Below, in pieces: positions 1-13,600 of a stretch of DNA of 64,000 nt (position 1 is its first letter; every line of letters begins with the position of its first letter). The DNA is taken from positions 310,001 to 374,000 of the forward strand of contig OZ237769.1 of assembly GCA_965178125.1 (NCBI GenBank), in the 5' to 3' direction. The notes beneath the pieces are model-generated. The model was not told the origin of the DNA, did no database searches, and worked only from the letters and a program-made list of their open reading frames with translations. A program made the position numbers and the translations under genes. Source of the DNA: Bilabrum cf. latius (taxonomy: Eukaryota).

Positions 1-1083
1 GAACCGGATGGAGAAAAGATCTTCCGGGGCCGTCATCCCCCCGGGCAGCCCCTCTTTCCTGAGCTGCTCGTACAGTCCACCTTTAGACCGGAAATCGGGA
101 ATACCCGCCGACACGCTCACCCCCGCGCCCGTCAGCAGAGTCACGCTCTTTACGTCGCCTGCGCGCACCGCCTTTGCGATTCCGGGTAGATCCATCCCAT
201 GGGTCTCCAGGCATCCCCCCGGCGACAGGTGCATCGCACTGCTGAGCTGCAGCATGGCGCCGTTGCAGTGTGCCACGGCAATGTCCCTGACCCTTGCAGC
301 CAGCACATCAGCGGGGAGCGAAGCGGGGGCGGGGGCAGCAACGGAAGGAGACGGCGATCCTGACGCGGCGCCGGTTCCGCTTGCAGCCAGACCCTCGTCA
401 GAGCCCACGGCACCATCGCACGATCCACTCGGATCTGCACCTGCACCTGCCAATGCACCAGGACCATCGCCTGCACCTGCACCAGTCTCTGCGGCAGCTG
501 CACTGACAATCGCTTCTCCGCCGGCTGGTGCCAGCCCTTCTGAATCGGAGCTGGCGGGGATGATCCCGGCCTGCCGCGCGGCTTGGACGAGCACGTTGCG
601 CGGGTGCATCTGGCTGTCCGCGTCGGTCGCGTCACCTGCCCCGCCCTCGCCCTCGCCACCAAATTTGGCCTCGCAAAGAGCGTTCACCGAGGGCTGCGTG
701 TAGTCCGATTCGATATAACTGTCGCATTCGAAGCACCACACGGACAGATCAAGAGCGGACACGGCGATCTGCCCCGCGTGCCTGCCCTCGCCCACTGCCT
801 CACTGCCGCCCGCCGCTGCTCCCGGATCGGCACCGTACTTTTCTTCGTTAGCCGCCCTCAGCTCATGTGCTCGACGCAGCATGTGGCTCTTAGCGTACCG
901 CGAGCACAGTACCTAGTGCGTTGACAGGTTGAACCAAACCTCTCCTTCGTGCCCGCATTCTTCGCATGGTTTTGCAACCAGCTCCCGTGCTTTGTCTGGT
1001 GAAATATCCCGAATGCCAGCTTCTGCAACATGCGGACAGTCACGTTTGACTTCAACCGCAAAACCTACCCCGAGGTCGACCAT
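1..1083 (-). CDS. Sirtuin (Sir2-family NAD-dependent deacylase) with N-terminal ZnF-UBP domain; 3' end lies outside the window
   Basis: ATG at 1083, reading through TAG at 915-913. ZnF-UBP signature CPH..CEEC..EVW..CSRY..HM..IAVS..DLSVWCFECDSY, then the sirtuin motif LLTGAGVSVSAGIPDFRSKGGLY near 150-60. Confidence 0.9.
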
Positions 1084-1260
1084 TGCAAAGCGCAGTTGCT
1101 GTTCTTGCCATTCTTTTCCTGGTTCGGTTGCTCTGGTTCCGCATTGAGCTGCGCGCGGCGCCATGTGAGCGGCACTGCACGCAACTTTCGAGTCGAGCGC
1201 GCAAAACCAGAGTTCACTTGGCTTGCTACCCCTCCACACTTTTGCACCCAAAGATCCAGA
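1084..1260. promoter_or_regulatory. Short divergent intergenic region, probable bidirectional promoter
   Basis: 177 bp between the divergent ATGs at 1083 (-) and 1261 (+). Inferred from gene layout only. Confidence 0.45.
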
Positions 1261-2602
1261 ATGATCGGATCTATTGCCCAGCTTATGGTTGTATCCGCTC
1301 TTGCAAGCGCCGCCATGGCCGCCAAGTGCAGCTGCAGGTGCGAGGGCTCCGCCGATACCGTGCTGGACGTCACCTCGTGCGGCATGTGCACGGAGGCTGT
1401 TTGCGGGCAGGCCGCGAGCTGCTCTGCTCCCACTGCCGTCTGTAAGTAACCGCACCATAGATGAAATATTTGCTGAAATTGATAGTTTCTGGCTTGTTGC
1501 ACGATTGTCTGCCGCAAACTCTGATCCAAGCACTGCTTGGCAAGGTGTTGTGAACACTCAAGATTATCTCGCTCTTGCTCGCTTGACGGCCCATTGAGCT
1601 AGCAAGGAAATGAATGCATTTTGATTCACAGCACAACTCACCCGGTCGCTTGCGAATTCTTGGAATTCGGTTTGGCCGTTCGACGTCCCGTCTGTTTCCT
1701 GCAACTATACGAACAACATGATCACTGGCCTCTGGCGCCGCCTATCCCACCATCTCCTCGCAGGCGATGCACTCAGCACTTCCATTGGATCCAGTTTCGG
1801 CCTTGGCAACAACTCGGGCAACGGCTCTGGCAACTCGACGAACGATGACATGATGGATGACGACGCGGCTGCTGCCGACGACGATGCCGCTCCCGGCAGC
1901 ACCATCGCAGTGTCTCTGTTCCGGTATAAGGGAAGGTACCTCCAGACCCAGTCTCAGACGACCCCGCCTATCACCTCAAAGCTCGATGGGTGAGCAGGTA
2001 GCAACTTGAAGCACGGACCTGTGTATCCGCGCTTGCACCCCGCGCACGACGGGCAGAGTGCCGTGGAGTACGCTCGCCCGCGCAGTGAGGCAAACACATG
2101 TAGCACCAATTCAACTACTTGCTTTAGTTTTTTTAATATCATGCGCAGTTGCGTGAAGGACATGCCGACGCCCGGCTGGAGCTACACAGCCACGACCACC
2201 ATCGCGGGGCAGACCGTCTAGCAGGACATGCAGACCACAGAGGTCATGGAAATGTACGACGCAGGCACAAAATCTGGATTCGTGGGACTCGCATGGGCGC
2301 TTGCCAAGGTCAAGGGGACGAACATCGACGGCACCAAGTACACCAACAAGTACCTCTGCACGCTCTTCGGCCAGTCACTGACCAACCAGCCGAGCACGCT
2401 CATCGCAGAGGGCGAGATCGCTGGCACCAAGACAGAGGCTCTGCAGCTCTGCCCCGGGAAGGATGCTGCCACTAAGGACAACACTGTCCCCAGGGTCAAG
2501 TCCGACTGCGCAGGGGCTGCAGGGGCGGCGGCGGCGGCGGGCGCCGCGGCTCTGGTGGCTGCGGCTGTGGCGGCCCTGGCAGCTGCCAAGCGTGACGAGT
2601 GA
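1261..2602 (+). CDS. Secreted, probably GPI-anchored or C-terminally anchored Cys-rich surface protein; 3 exons (1261-1441, 1632-1989, 2149-2602)
   Basis: Signal-peptide-like N-terminus, Cys cluster, hydrophobic Ala-rich C-terminus. Introns 1442-1631 (GTAAGT..CAG) and 1990-2148 (GTGAGC..CAG) preserve frame. One in-frame TAG at 2219; ends TGA. Confidence 0.7.
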
Positions 2603-2640
2603 ATAGGGGTGTGACGAGTGGATAGGGGTGTGGCGAGTGG
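2592..2640. repeat. ~19-bp tandem repeat (about 2.6 copies) built on the GTGACGAGTG motif, overlapping the stop codon of the upstream gene
   Basis: gtgacgagtgaatagggg-tgtgacgagtggatagggg-tgtggcgagtgg. Confidence 0.75.
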
Positions 2641-2814
2641 TCCGCGCTAGGCGCCATTAAGGTATCCGGGTGGTGCTGTGGCTCTCTGGATGCCGGGGCT
2701 GCATTGCATTGTGGCGCGGTGACAGCTCAATCGTACCGCGTCAAGACCTGGGTACACCACGCATTGATACTATCTTAGTTGGCTCGCTACGACCACAATA
2801 TACCGGGATGCTCG

Positions 2815-4206
2815 TCACGACACACCCACCGGAGCCACACCCTTGCCCCTTGGATCGCCCAGCGATGCCCCATCTCCACCCTCGTCATCCTCCTCCTCCT
2901 CTCGGTCGCTCAGACTCGCCAGGCTATCCAAACCCCACGAGGGCTGCTTCCTCGCCCGCCCCGTGAGGGAGCGCCCGAGCTCGTGTGACGAGTGAGCGTG
3001 TGACGGGTGTTGTATGCCAGCCGGGGTCATCGCCGCCATGCTGGCATGAGCGCTGGCACCGCCCGCTTTGTGGCTCCGGCCAGGGCGCATAGGACTACCG
3101 GTTGCAACCTCACGGGCTGCTCTAGATCTATCCCCATCCCCAGACCTACCGATTAGAGTACCGCCACCACCACCATCAACACCATCAACACCAATACGCC
3201 CCTGTCTCTATCCCATACCTAGTACCTGCTCCTGCCCTAGCAATGCTCCGAATCCCTGCCCCTGCCCATGCTGATGCCCCTACCCATGCCCGAGCGCCTC
3301 CGCAAGCGCGGTATCGAGATCTAGGTTATCGCGCACCAGCGTCTTTAGGTCCTGCGCGACCACGGCGATGTATGGAACAACCTCTCCCACTATGAAAAAT
3401 GCGCTCACCAGCACGCCAAACGCCCATGGCTTGGCTTCAAACCTATAGAGCACCCCCTCATCGGCTGCGATGACCGGCAGAGCACCGTAGATGAACCGAC
3501 CCACGGTCCAGCCGAAGAAGGTCCAGCCGATCCTGCCGGCTTTCCTTCTGGCGTCTTCGTTTCTGTAGGGAAATCCTCCCAGCTGGCACTGGGCGTAGCA
3601 CCACATGCAGCTTGCGACCAGCGGGGCTCCCAGGTTCACAAAAGCGAGCACGCCGTAGATCGTCTTGAGGACCTCCAAAGTGTACGTTTTCGTGAAGAAG
3701 AAGGCGATGTACATGCCGAGCTGTCCGAGCAATAGGAAGGCGTGGCACACAATATAGGCAATCATGGTGCGCCGCGTGAGCTCCATCTGGTTGTTGTCGA
3801 GCATGTCGCGAGCCAGCGTTTGCGCCTCGATCCACAGCACCGCGAGCAGGAACCAGCACGACAGAGCAGAAAAATCACCCAAATTAAATAGAACGCTAAT
3901 AGTTTTCGAAAGCACTTCGTAGCTCGAGTCGGGAGGGGTGTAAATCCCAGCGAGCGCCTCGAAAAGCTGAACGTTCAGAAAACTGAGAACCGTAAGGCTG
4001 CCAAATGTGATCAGTCGAACGCCCATAGAGTACACTACAAGGGACGCGAAAAACGTTCGCACTTCTGTGAAGACTAGCGTCTTGCAGCTGACTCCGCCAT
4101 TGCAGGTAGAGCGAAACAGCATCGCGATTAGTAGCACGAAATATATTATGGCCAAGGTGAATAATGTCACTCCATTTTGGACAACAAGAGCCGCAACAGC
4201 TAGCAT
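2815..4206 (-). CDS. Multi-pass (~7 TM) membrane protein, THH1/TOM1/GPR137-like, with low-complexity C-terminal tail
   Basis: About seven hydrophobic segments, including LFNLGDFSALSCWFLLAVLWIE. The TAG at 3282-3280 lies in a GHG-Q-GHQHGQGQG repeat, and the frame continues (second TAG ~3210) into ORF 2815..3090, ending TGA. The start codon is uncertain. Confidence 0.65.
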
Positions 4207-4471
4207 TCTATATTACTATGCTGCCGCGCCCAGTCCAATCTTGATGTAGGGGCAAATAGAGCTTAAAGTGGCACAAATCTCCGCACACTACTGCACTAAT
4301 CATCACGCAGTCCCAGTGGCTGCGTTCGCGGCGACCCTGGTAGTTCACCGTGTGTTGAGCCTCCCACTATCCGGTTCAGCGCGCATGAACATGGTACGTT
4401 AATTGCGTCTAATGACACACTCACTGAACTTGAATCGAGCCGCATTTTTGGTCGATACGCTCCGCGCCCTT

Positions 4472-7400
4472 TCACCACAGCAGCAGCCGCGAGGCGGCTA
4501 CTTCCATAAAGAAAACGAACGTTCGCACGCCCCACTCCCCCACGGGGGCTGGATCCCGCCGCCCCGCCGGCGGCACCGGCAGTTCTAAACCGGAAGCCCT
4601 AGCGAACGGCGTCCCCTGGGCCTCCTCGTCCTCGTCCCATGGGTCGGGCACCCCGTCCTCCTCCTCCTAGGCCTACCCCCCCTTGCCCCCCTCCCCCTGC
4701 GCCTCCACCCCGGCATCGAACATCGCACGCAGCTGCGCACCGGAGAAACGACCCGCACCGAAGAGGGTTACAACCGCCTCCGACAGCTCCTTGTACCCCA
4801 GGCCGCCCGACGAATCCCGATCGAACGTTCGGAAATCGTGAGCCAGCGCAGACCGGAACTGCGCCCTCCCTTTGATCCGAGCCTGCAGGATCCAGGCCAC
4901 GAGTTGTTCCCTGTCCACCCGCAGGGCCAGCCGCAGCGTCTTCTTCACGTGGCCGGGTAGCCTGAGGTTGTCCCAAGCAGGCTCCCAGCCCGTCACTGCT
5001 TCCCTGTTGATCTTGTCCAGCACATCGTCCTGTTCGTGCTGGAGCAGCATCAGGCGCACGATCTCCCTGGCCCGGCGCACCCACACCCAGTTCAAGGAGC
5101 CGTCCTCCATCTCAGGGAACACAACCGTGGAGCCCGTCGCCTTCCGCACCATCACCTTCTGGTCCACCGACAGCCCCGACGCGCGGACCAGCCGACCCAG
5201 CCGCGCCGAGCTCCACAGCGACGCCACTGTTCCCTCGGCGTCCTTCCTGGCTCGTGCGATCCCCGAGGAACCTTGCACAGGGTCACCACCCGTGATGGCC
5301 TGGATGGCACCGGAGAGGTCGCTGTACCTGGACAGCTGGTCTGCCCTGGCTCCCTGCATGGACGGCCGCCGCATCTGCATGCGTTGTTCCCTGAGCCGCA
5401 TGCCCTCTTCGCCTGTCTCCCCCCTTCGGATCGCGTCCAGGCGCGCCTTCCTTTCGCTATCCGGAATCGCGATTCCTCCGCCGCCCCCCCCACCCCCGCC
5501 GCCGCTGCGGGGGGGTCGCCCGGCCCGCTGGGGCGAAGCAGCGCCCGAGCCCGACGCCAAACGCGCCGAGTTGGGTGGGTCCGCCGAGCGGCTGCGCGCG
5601 TGCGCGGCGCCGAGCGGAACCGTTTGCGACCGAAGCGGGCACCCGTCCGCGTCATCGTAGCTGCCCGATAATGTTCCCTGGCCGTGTGACGAGCCCGCGA
5701 TGTCCCCCTCCCTCGAGGGGGCCCTGGGCCTCGACCCCCTGGGCCTGGTGGGAACGGTGCCGCGGCGGGAGGATGGTCCCCCCGTTGGGCGGGCCAATTC
5801 CGATTCCGAATCTTCGCCCGAGCTCGCCTCCCCTTCGTCGTTGCCGACGCCGCGCGATGATGCACCCGGCGCCCCGGGGCTCACGGACCCCACCCGCTCT
5901 AGAGCCGCGACGGCGGCGTCCTCGTCCGGTGACTCCGGCGTGTGACGAGCGCGCAGGCCGCCGTAATCACCTGCGAAACGGGAGGCAGAGTCTTGGTCTT
6001 CGCCATGCCCGTGCAGCTGATCGTCTGCAGCGGCCGAGTGGTCAGAAGGAAGCCTCACCCTCGCGCTCTACATCGACATGCCTCCGGCTGTTTCAGAGGC
6101 CGCGCCGTCCGCCTCTGCCTCTGTGAGATCCAAGGCGCCTTCGTGCGCTCCTCCTCGGGTTTGACCACCCCTTCCAGCCTTGTTCTATCGGTTCTAGCCC
6201 GCGCCGCCGGCGGTCACCCGAGTGGGCCTGATATTGCGGCCCGGGCTGTGCGGGGCGTCAATACCGCGACTCCCCCCCGAAGCTGACGCGGCGGAATCTT
6301 GATCCGATCCCGACTCAGCACCCGATCGGCGCGGCCCGCGGCTCCGCAGCAGATCCGATCCTTCGCTCGGCCCCGCGAAGCCTAGATCCTCTGCACCCAA
6401 GTCGTGCAGCTCGTCCGACCCTACGCTCTCCATCAGCGAGCCGCTGCCCATGGAGACGTATTGCCCGTACGACCCTGCTTCTATATGAGCGCTTCCGTTT
6501 GAGGACACGGGGTCCCGGGGTCCATACCCGGAGGCCTCTTCGTGCACGCCATCGCCATAATCGGTAGCCGCCTTGCTCGACGACTGCTTGGGGGAAGAGG
6601 TCACAGACGACGATTCGGCAGCCGCTTTGGAGCCGCGCCTGGGCCGGTTGCCTCCCGCAATGCCCGCGCCGCTGTCACCGCCCTCACCAGTGAATCCCCC
6701 CATGGACACCTGCGATAGCCGCCGCCTCGCAAACCTGACTTTCTCCACGGCACCCAGGTCCGCGATGCTGTTCTTGCGGCCGGCCTCTCGTACCGCACTC
6801 CTCACCAGATCCTGCACCTTGCTGTGTGCCTCTACTTCCTGCAGGGCGTTTGCAGCGCGATTTCTCTGCTCTAGCTTGGCGCGGGCCCGCGACACTGTCT
6901 TGCTCGCCCTCTCGCCCCGCTGCTTCTCCTTCTCCTTCTCCTCCCGGGAGCCCTGCAGCGCGGTCGCTGCGGCTTTCATGTCTGCAGCGGTAAAGAAGCT
7001 GTCGGGCCGTCGCAGGGCCGAGTTGCGGCGTTTCCTGCCCCTGGACCCCGCATTCGACGGCTTGCTTCCCTTGCTGGATTTGCTGCGCGCATCCTCATCA
7101 TCCGGACCACCATCACCACCATCACCACCATCACCGTCATCATCATCACCATCATCATCGTCATCGTCGTCCCCGCTGTCCAGACCAGAGATCGCCGACT
7201 GTGCACCAAGCGACTGCCTGCGGGCTCGCGCCTGACTACTCCTCCTGCGCGCGCTGCCCGGGCCCCCGCCCCCGCTCGTTGTTCCCTGGGCCTCCCTAGC
7301 CTCGTTGTTCTCTCGCTCCAAAATGGCTGCCTCCTCTTCCTCCCTGAGCGCAACTGCCTGGGTCACCACCTCCGATGCGGCAGCGAGCTGCACGTCGGTG

Positions 7401-10400
7401 AGTCGCGTGGCGTCCAGGCCGGCGGCGATCGATGCTCGCCTTCCCCTGATCCGATCCGCAACGGGCAGCTTCGCACCGCGCCCGCCCCTGAGCTTGAAGA
7501 TTCTCCGGAGCACCACCCTCCTCAGCACAATGCACGCGTGTATGATGCCCCACTTGAACAGGGCTTTCTGCCTGGCCCTGCCGCCCACCGGCAGACCTAC
7601 AATGCCCCAGGCCGAACGAGGCACCCCGCCGCGCCTGCACAGCGCCCGCACGCACAAGGCCACGGCGAGATCTTCGGCGGGGAGCATGCACGGCTGCTGC
7701 AGCAAGGACATGAACAGCGCAACTCGCGCGTCGCTGGCATATGCCCTCACGCACCGCAGGACCGTCTTGACGTGCTTGTCGGCGATCTTGGCCAGGCCGT
7801 ACTTGCGCTGGTAGTAGTCGGCGGTTGACAGATCCAGCCGGCTCCACTCGAGGGCAGCCGAGGGAACAGCGCTCTACTTCCGGTTATCGCCCTGCCGGAA
7901 GGCGTCTCCGGCCTGCTTGATCTGCCGGATGCTGCCCTCGGTGGGAGGATCGTCCCCCGCGCCGAGCACGATCAGCTCTGGTCCGAGGGGCTCCAGCAGC
8001 TCCGGTCCGTCCCAGCCGGCTACCCCGGTCGGCGCCGAGGAGCCAGAGGAAACCCCACCCCCGCCCCCGCCGCTGCCGCTGCCACCGGCCGCCCCGCGGC
8101 TGCCGGGCCGGCTCGAGTGCGCGCTGGTGATCGACCGCATGGACCGGCCCCAGTTCGCACTCGTCACACCGAGCACGTGCCTCCGGGACCCCACGCCGCG
8201 GGTCAGGGCTAGGGAGGGCGGCGCGAACCCGATCCCACTCGTCACACCGACACCAAGCAGCGGTGACCCCCCGGCAGTGGCCGATGCGGCTGCTGACGTG
8301 GTCGTTTGATGACCCCCCGCCTCTCCCAACCCGCCCCCCACACCGTACAGGGACATCGCCCCTCCTGAGGGCCCCGGCCGATCCCCCCCGCCGCTTGTGC
8401 CCCTGCCAGCGCCCGTCGTGTCGGAAGTGCCCGGCCTCCCCAAGGAGGACGAACCGTCTCCGCCCTGACCCCCACTCGTCACACCGACCTAACCCGCCTG
8501 TTCCACCAGGCCCGCCAGCATGCTCCTCAGCAGCGACTCCCTGTCGTTGAGGATGCTCGTGATCTGGCCCAGGCACCACCTCAGGGGGTACGGGGCCTTG
8601 ATCTTGCCCCTCTTCTTCATCAGGGTCTGGAGAACGTTCGCTACGGCGACACGGTTCTTCGTCCGCCGCTTGGTGCCTGTCCCAAGGGAAAACCCCTTGA
8701 TCCGAGTGAACCGGGGACGTCCCCCCCGAGCACCCCTCGACCCCATGGCGGGGGCGCGCAGCCGCCGCTTCCCATCTGCGACCAAGTGCCCCCCCTCGTC
8801 CACGCCCAAACCGGAAGCATCCCCACCCACGCCCGCAAAGAAATTGCTCGGCTCCGCACCGGATCCAGCCCCCTTCGTCGCCCGGACACCACCACCAGGC
8901 AATGCACCCAACAGGCTATCAGCATCGCTGTCCTCACCTGCCCCGGCGCTGCCTGTGCCCCCCCCTTCTGTGCCACCGATCTGAACGGATTTATGCGCCT
9001 GCTCGCTCATCCCCGCCTATTTTCGCAGAGCCGCTAGCACGCTAGCTCCTTGCTTTACCCGGGCTCGTAGCGCAAGCACGTGCTCCATCCACAGCCTCCG
9101 CCGCAGCTGCTCCTCCTCACCCCAGCCTCCCCGCGGGGGGCCTCTTCGGCCCTTCGGTTTCTTCGCCTTGAGAACCTTCCCTCCTGCGGAACTGGCGCCG
9201 CGCAATTCGTCCTCATCCCCGCGGTCTCTCTGATTCTTCTTTTTGCCCCCCGTCCTGGATCCCGCCCCCTCCCTCCCCTTCCCCTTCGCCTTGCCCTTCC
9301 CCTTGCCCTTGCCTCTGCCTCTGCCCCTGGTACCAGCCCCCCTTGCTGCATCGTCGGGCCCCGATAAGCCGACATCGCTACTTCCGCCGTCGTCTGGTGA
9401 CCCGCCGCCCCGCCGACTCCTTTTGTGTTTCTTGCCCTTCTTCCTGTGTTTCTTCCTGTGCTCCTCTCCACCAGCGTGACTCCCGCCGCCGCTGTTGCTG
9501 CTGTCGGTGCCAGACCCTGCCTGCCCTTCCCCGTCACCGTCCGCACCCCTTTTGCTGTGCCTGCGACTCTTCCTCCTCCTGCTCCTGCTCCTGCTCTTCT
9601 TCCGGTCTTTCCTGCTCTTACCCTCCCCATCGGCACCACTTTCACCACCGGACGATTCATCAATTCCACCACCCGGACGCCTGCCTCGCCGCCGGCTGCC
9701 GTTCCCGCGTCTGCCCTCGCCCTCGCCGTCTGAACCTGTGCCGGATCCTTCGCGACCACCGCCCCTTTGGCCACCCCTTCGACGGCTTCGTCTGCCACGT
9801 CCCTTGCTGCTTCTACTTTGGCGACCTTTTTTGCCACCCCCACCCCCTGACTCCTCCTCGTCTCCGTCCTCGCTGCCGGAATGGCCACCCCCGCGCCCGC
9901 CCTTTCCTAGTCTGCCCGTTCTGCGCTTCCGCGTGCCTCCCTCACCCTCCTCACTCGTCACACCATCCGAATCACCTTCAGCCAAGGACCCCTCGCTGCC
10001 GTACCCCTCGCCGGTTTGCCCACCCCCACGGACTGTGGCCGGCCCGCCGTGCCTCCGTCCGTCACCATCACCACCCATGCCGCTGCCACCGGACGACGCA
10101 CCACCCACCCCACGCGCTTCACTCGTCACACTGGAACCAGCCCCGGAGCCCCTCCGTCGCCCGCTGCCTCGAGAACTGCTCCCGTGGCTGCCCCTGCGGC
10201 TGCCCCTCCGCATCTTCCGTCCGTGGCGAGACCCCCCCCCAGAACCCCCCCCTGGAGATCCATCCGCTCCGGCCGAAGAAGAATAAGAGCCACCTCCTCC
10301 TTCGCCATCGCCCCCGCCGGTGCCGTCTTGTTCCCCAGCCATGTCCAGCAGGGCATCCCGGTCGCGGATGCTGAAGGACGCCCGCGACAGCCGCCTGCTC

Positions 10401-13390
10401 TTGCGCCTTTGTCGCTTCATCTTCATTTTCAGCGTGGCGCGCCTCCGCTCCGTCTCATCACGAATCTGCCTAGAGGCCTACAGCAGAGCGCCGTTGATCA
10501 GCTCGACGTCGGCCGTGGCATGCATCTTCTCCCACTCGCTGCGGCATGCCTCCCACTTGTTCCTCAGCATGAGCGCCGCGCGCTCCAGCACGTCGGCGCT
10601 GTACCCTTGCAACGCAATGCCCCTGGCCTGCGCCACCAAGCGAACGTTCTCCAGCTCCTAGCGAAGCTGCACCATGGCGGTCCGCGCCACGGCATTCTCG
10701 TCCTGCTGATCCGCCGCCCGCGCAGCGTGACCCGCCGCAGCGGCCCGCTCCACGTCAGTCTTCGCCCTCGCCTCCTCCATCCGATCGATGTGTTCCCCGA
10801 GCCGTCGCTCCCACAGTCCCTGGGAACAGTCCCACAGGTAGGCCAGCGACCGCCCAACCTATGCGCACGACCGGCCGAGACGGCGGAACAGCTCCGTGCC
10901 CGCTGACTCGTACGCGCACAGCACGTCCACGCTCACGGAAAGCAGTCTCCTGGCCTGGAACGCCCGTCGGGACAGCTCGGAGGAATCCAAGATAGCCCGG
11001 CTTAGCCCGTCCTCGTCGCCCGCCACCCCAAGCAAAGCGTCACCCTCGGCGTCTCTGCGGAGCAGCTGCTCCATCCGGGCCGACAAACCGGAAGTAGCAC
11101 TCACACCAGCACCAGACGATAAAAATGAAGAAGAAGACGCCGCGGACCCGCGCGCCTTGAACGCATCGAGTGGGGAGAGGCCATGGTGACCCGGACCCTC
11201 CTCCTCTGCCGAATCCACGATTTCAGCTCCGGATCCGGGACCCGTCACCTGCCCCAGCCGCGCCTTCCAGTACCCCTGCAGGGCCAGCACGAGCGGATCC
11301 GTCCTCGTGGATCGCAGGGACAGGGCGTGCTCGGGGGCGCGGGCCGGCGCGCTGCCCGACGTCAGCTTCCAGCCACCTGTCGATGTCCCTGCCCCGCGAG
11401 CCATGGCCCCGTGGTGTCCCCCCGGTAGTATGACGAGTGCGAGGTCGGTGCCACCCATGCCTCCCTCTGCGGCAGCAGCAGCAGCAGCAGCCCAAGAGCC
11501 GTCGCCGATGCTGGCCAAAGCAGCGACGGCTGCGCGGGCCGCCCGATGCCCCGGCCGATCCAGTTGTTCCCTGGCGCCAGCCAGCTGCTCATCCAGCCAA
11601 TTTCCGAGCATGCGAGCTGCCCTGCGGTCAGACAGCTCGGACACGATCTGAGGCCACAGGAGACCCCGGAGCAGCGCGTCAAGACGGGCACCAACACCCT
11701 CCCCCCGCGTTGTTCCCTGAAGCGTGCTTGCCTTAGATAGGCGTGCGGGCCGGGGTACCAGCGCCGTCGAGTTGTGGGCAGCAGAGCGCGGGATCGGAAC
11801 CGGGAGGCGGCCGTGCCTACTTGAGAGCCCGCGCTGTTTTTTAGAGGCCATCGCACTCGTCACACGGATACCACTCGTCATATGGCTGCTCCCGATGGCG
11901 CTGCGCCCCCTTCTCAGCAGCCGTCGGATCTCTTGAGACCGCGCGGTGGCGCTATCGTGCGCTGCACCCAGCTCGCAACGCCGACGTGGACCGTGTCCGG
12001 CTCCGAATCCGCCCACCTGGCCGTTCCGCTGCTCCGCAGTGGAGGCAGAAGCTGGCGATGAACGTTTACCACCACGTGATGAAGAATAAGAAGAAGAAGC
12101 GGCGGAAGAACACAGCAGAAGGGTAGGGGAGGCCAGCGGAACCGGCTGCATGCGGCCGAGCCCACGCCGCTGCGCCCCCGCAGCACGACCCGCCACCCTG
12201 CTCTGGGCAGCGAGTCGGAGAGCCTCCACGTCCTCCGGGGTGGGGGACGGGGCGCGGGCGCTGGGTGGGGCCACCAAACCGGAAGTGGTTGCGCCGCCGC
12301 TCGAGTGGTCCTGCTCCTCATCGAACTCTGGGAGTGAGGGCATGTGCGCCATGGACTCGGAATCGTTGTCGCCGAGTCCGCGGAGCGTGAATTTGTGCAC
12401 CCCGGAACCACTAGTCACACCGCCGTGCACGAATGTACCATGTGACGAGTGCAATGGGTCTCCCCGTGGTGTCTCCTCCTGCGACGCATCCGTGGGGGCT
12501 GCGGGCATCGGCACTGGGGGGGTCTCGGGATGGTGACCCCTCGAGGGGGGTGGCCCCGGGGGATTTCCCCTGGGGGGTGCATGGCCGTGTGCTTGTCCCC
12601 TCGGCGGGGGTCCCGGCTTTCCAGGTGGCCCCGGCCTCGAGTGGGGTGCGCCGGCTTCTGCTGATGGGTACTCCATGGGCGGCTCGGTTAGGTTATTCCC
12701 AGCGTGCTGCGGCCCGTACACGCCCTCAGGTTGTGCTTCTTCTCCACTTGCATTGGACTGCTTGGACTCTGACCAGTCCTGATGAGGCCGGTGCTGCTGC
12801 TGCGGCCGGTGCTGCTGATGCGACCGCTGCTGTTCGAGCCTTGCGACCATCCGCTCGATGTCATCGAGAGAGTGAGCAGCGGCTTCTGCCTGGGCACCTG
12901 CTCGGCGTATGGCGATAGCAGCGGTCTTTCGAGCGCCAGGACCGCTTCTTTGCTGCCATCCCGGCCGAAGAGCATCTGTTTTCCTCATTGCCTGCGACCA
13001 TTGCAGACCTGCTCGCCGCTGGGTGGAGATTCGCCCCGCGGTCGATGCTCGCTTTTCGCTGGCCGCCCTGAGGCCGATGCCCGCGAATGGCATTCTTGAT
13101 ACTGTGGCTTTGCTGCTTGTGGACCGAGAAGCTGTTGTGTGGCTCCCGATTTTCATCGCGCTAATAAACTCCGAGATTGCTGGCTCGACCGTGTCCAGTT
13201 TTGCTTCCTGCTCATCTCCATCTGACTGATCAGCGACCTCCTGCAGAACAGAATCAGCTTCCCGTAATACCTTCGCCACGGTTCCGTCCTTCAGTGCGGC
13301 GTCTCTGTGCCGCTAGTAGCCCCGGCGGTCTCCCGCATAGTCGATGGCCGACGCAAAGAGCTCGTCTTTGCTTAGCTTAGGCTGCTGCAT
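4472..13390 (-). CDS. ~2970-aa low-complexity/coiled-coil protein with C-terminal EF-hand (YGL motif region reminiscent of TSNAXIP1-like ciliary proteins)
   Basis: ORFs 10859..13279, 9017..10426, 8489..9010, 7874..8482, 6194..7750 and 4673..6058 share one frame and are separated only by TAG (~12). ATG at 13390, TGA at 4474-4472. EF-hand FRTFDRDSSGGLGYKEL; motifs LRWCLGQITSILND and YYQRKYGLAKIADKHV. The family call is tentative. Confidence 0.75.
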
Positions 13391-13600
13391 ACAATAGTGC
13401 GATTGCTTAGATATGCATCAAGTAAAATCTACACTGGCCAAGGCCGTCAAAATCCCGCATCAGAAGTAGGACGGGACAGCGATGATTGGCCTAACGGACT
13501 CGCTCGCGGAATCCGTCCATGGACCAAGCGAACGTTCGGCACCATGCCGAAATTACGACGGCACGCGACTGGGCCATTGGGGAGGTTTCCCCGGCCCAAC
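13391..13600. promoter_or_regulatory. Probable bidirectional promoter between two very large divergent genes
   Basis: 210 bp between ATG 13390 (-) and ATG 13601 (+), with lower GC than the flanking CDSs. Confidence 0.45.

Noticed and set aside
1261-1449. Stand-alone 62-aa Cys-rich peptide ending in TAA, as evidence that TAA is a stop
   Set aside because: The TAA overlaps the 3' end of a GTAAGT donor at 1442 and lies inside the intron. Splicing to the CAG at 1631 joins the downstream exons in frame.
4872-12536. Long plus-strand ORFs opposite the giant minus-strand gene, and similar antisense ORFs elsewhere
   Set aside because: These are shadow ORFs expected in GC-rich coding DNA. They have no motifs, and the opposite strand carries the coherent protein.
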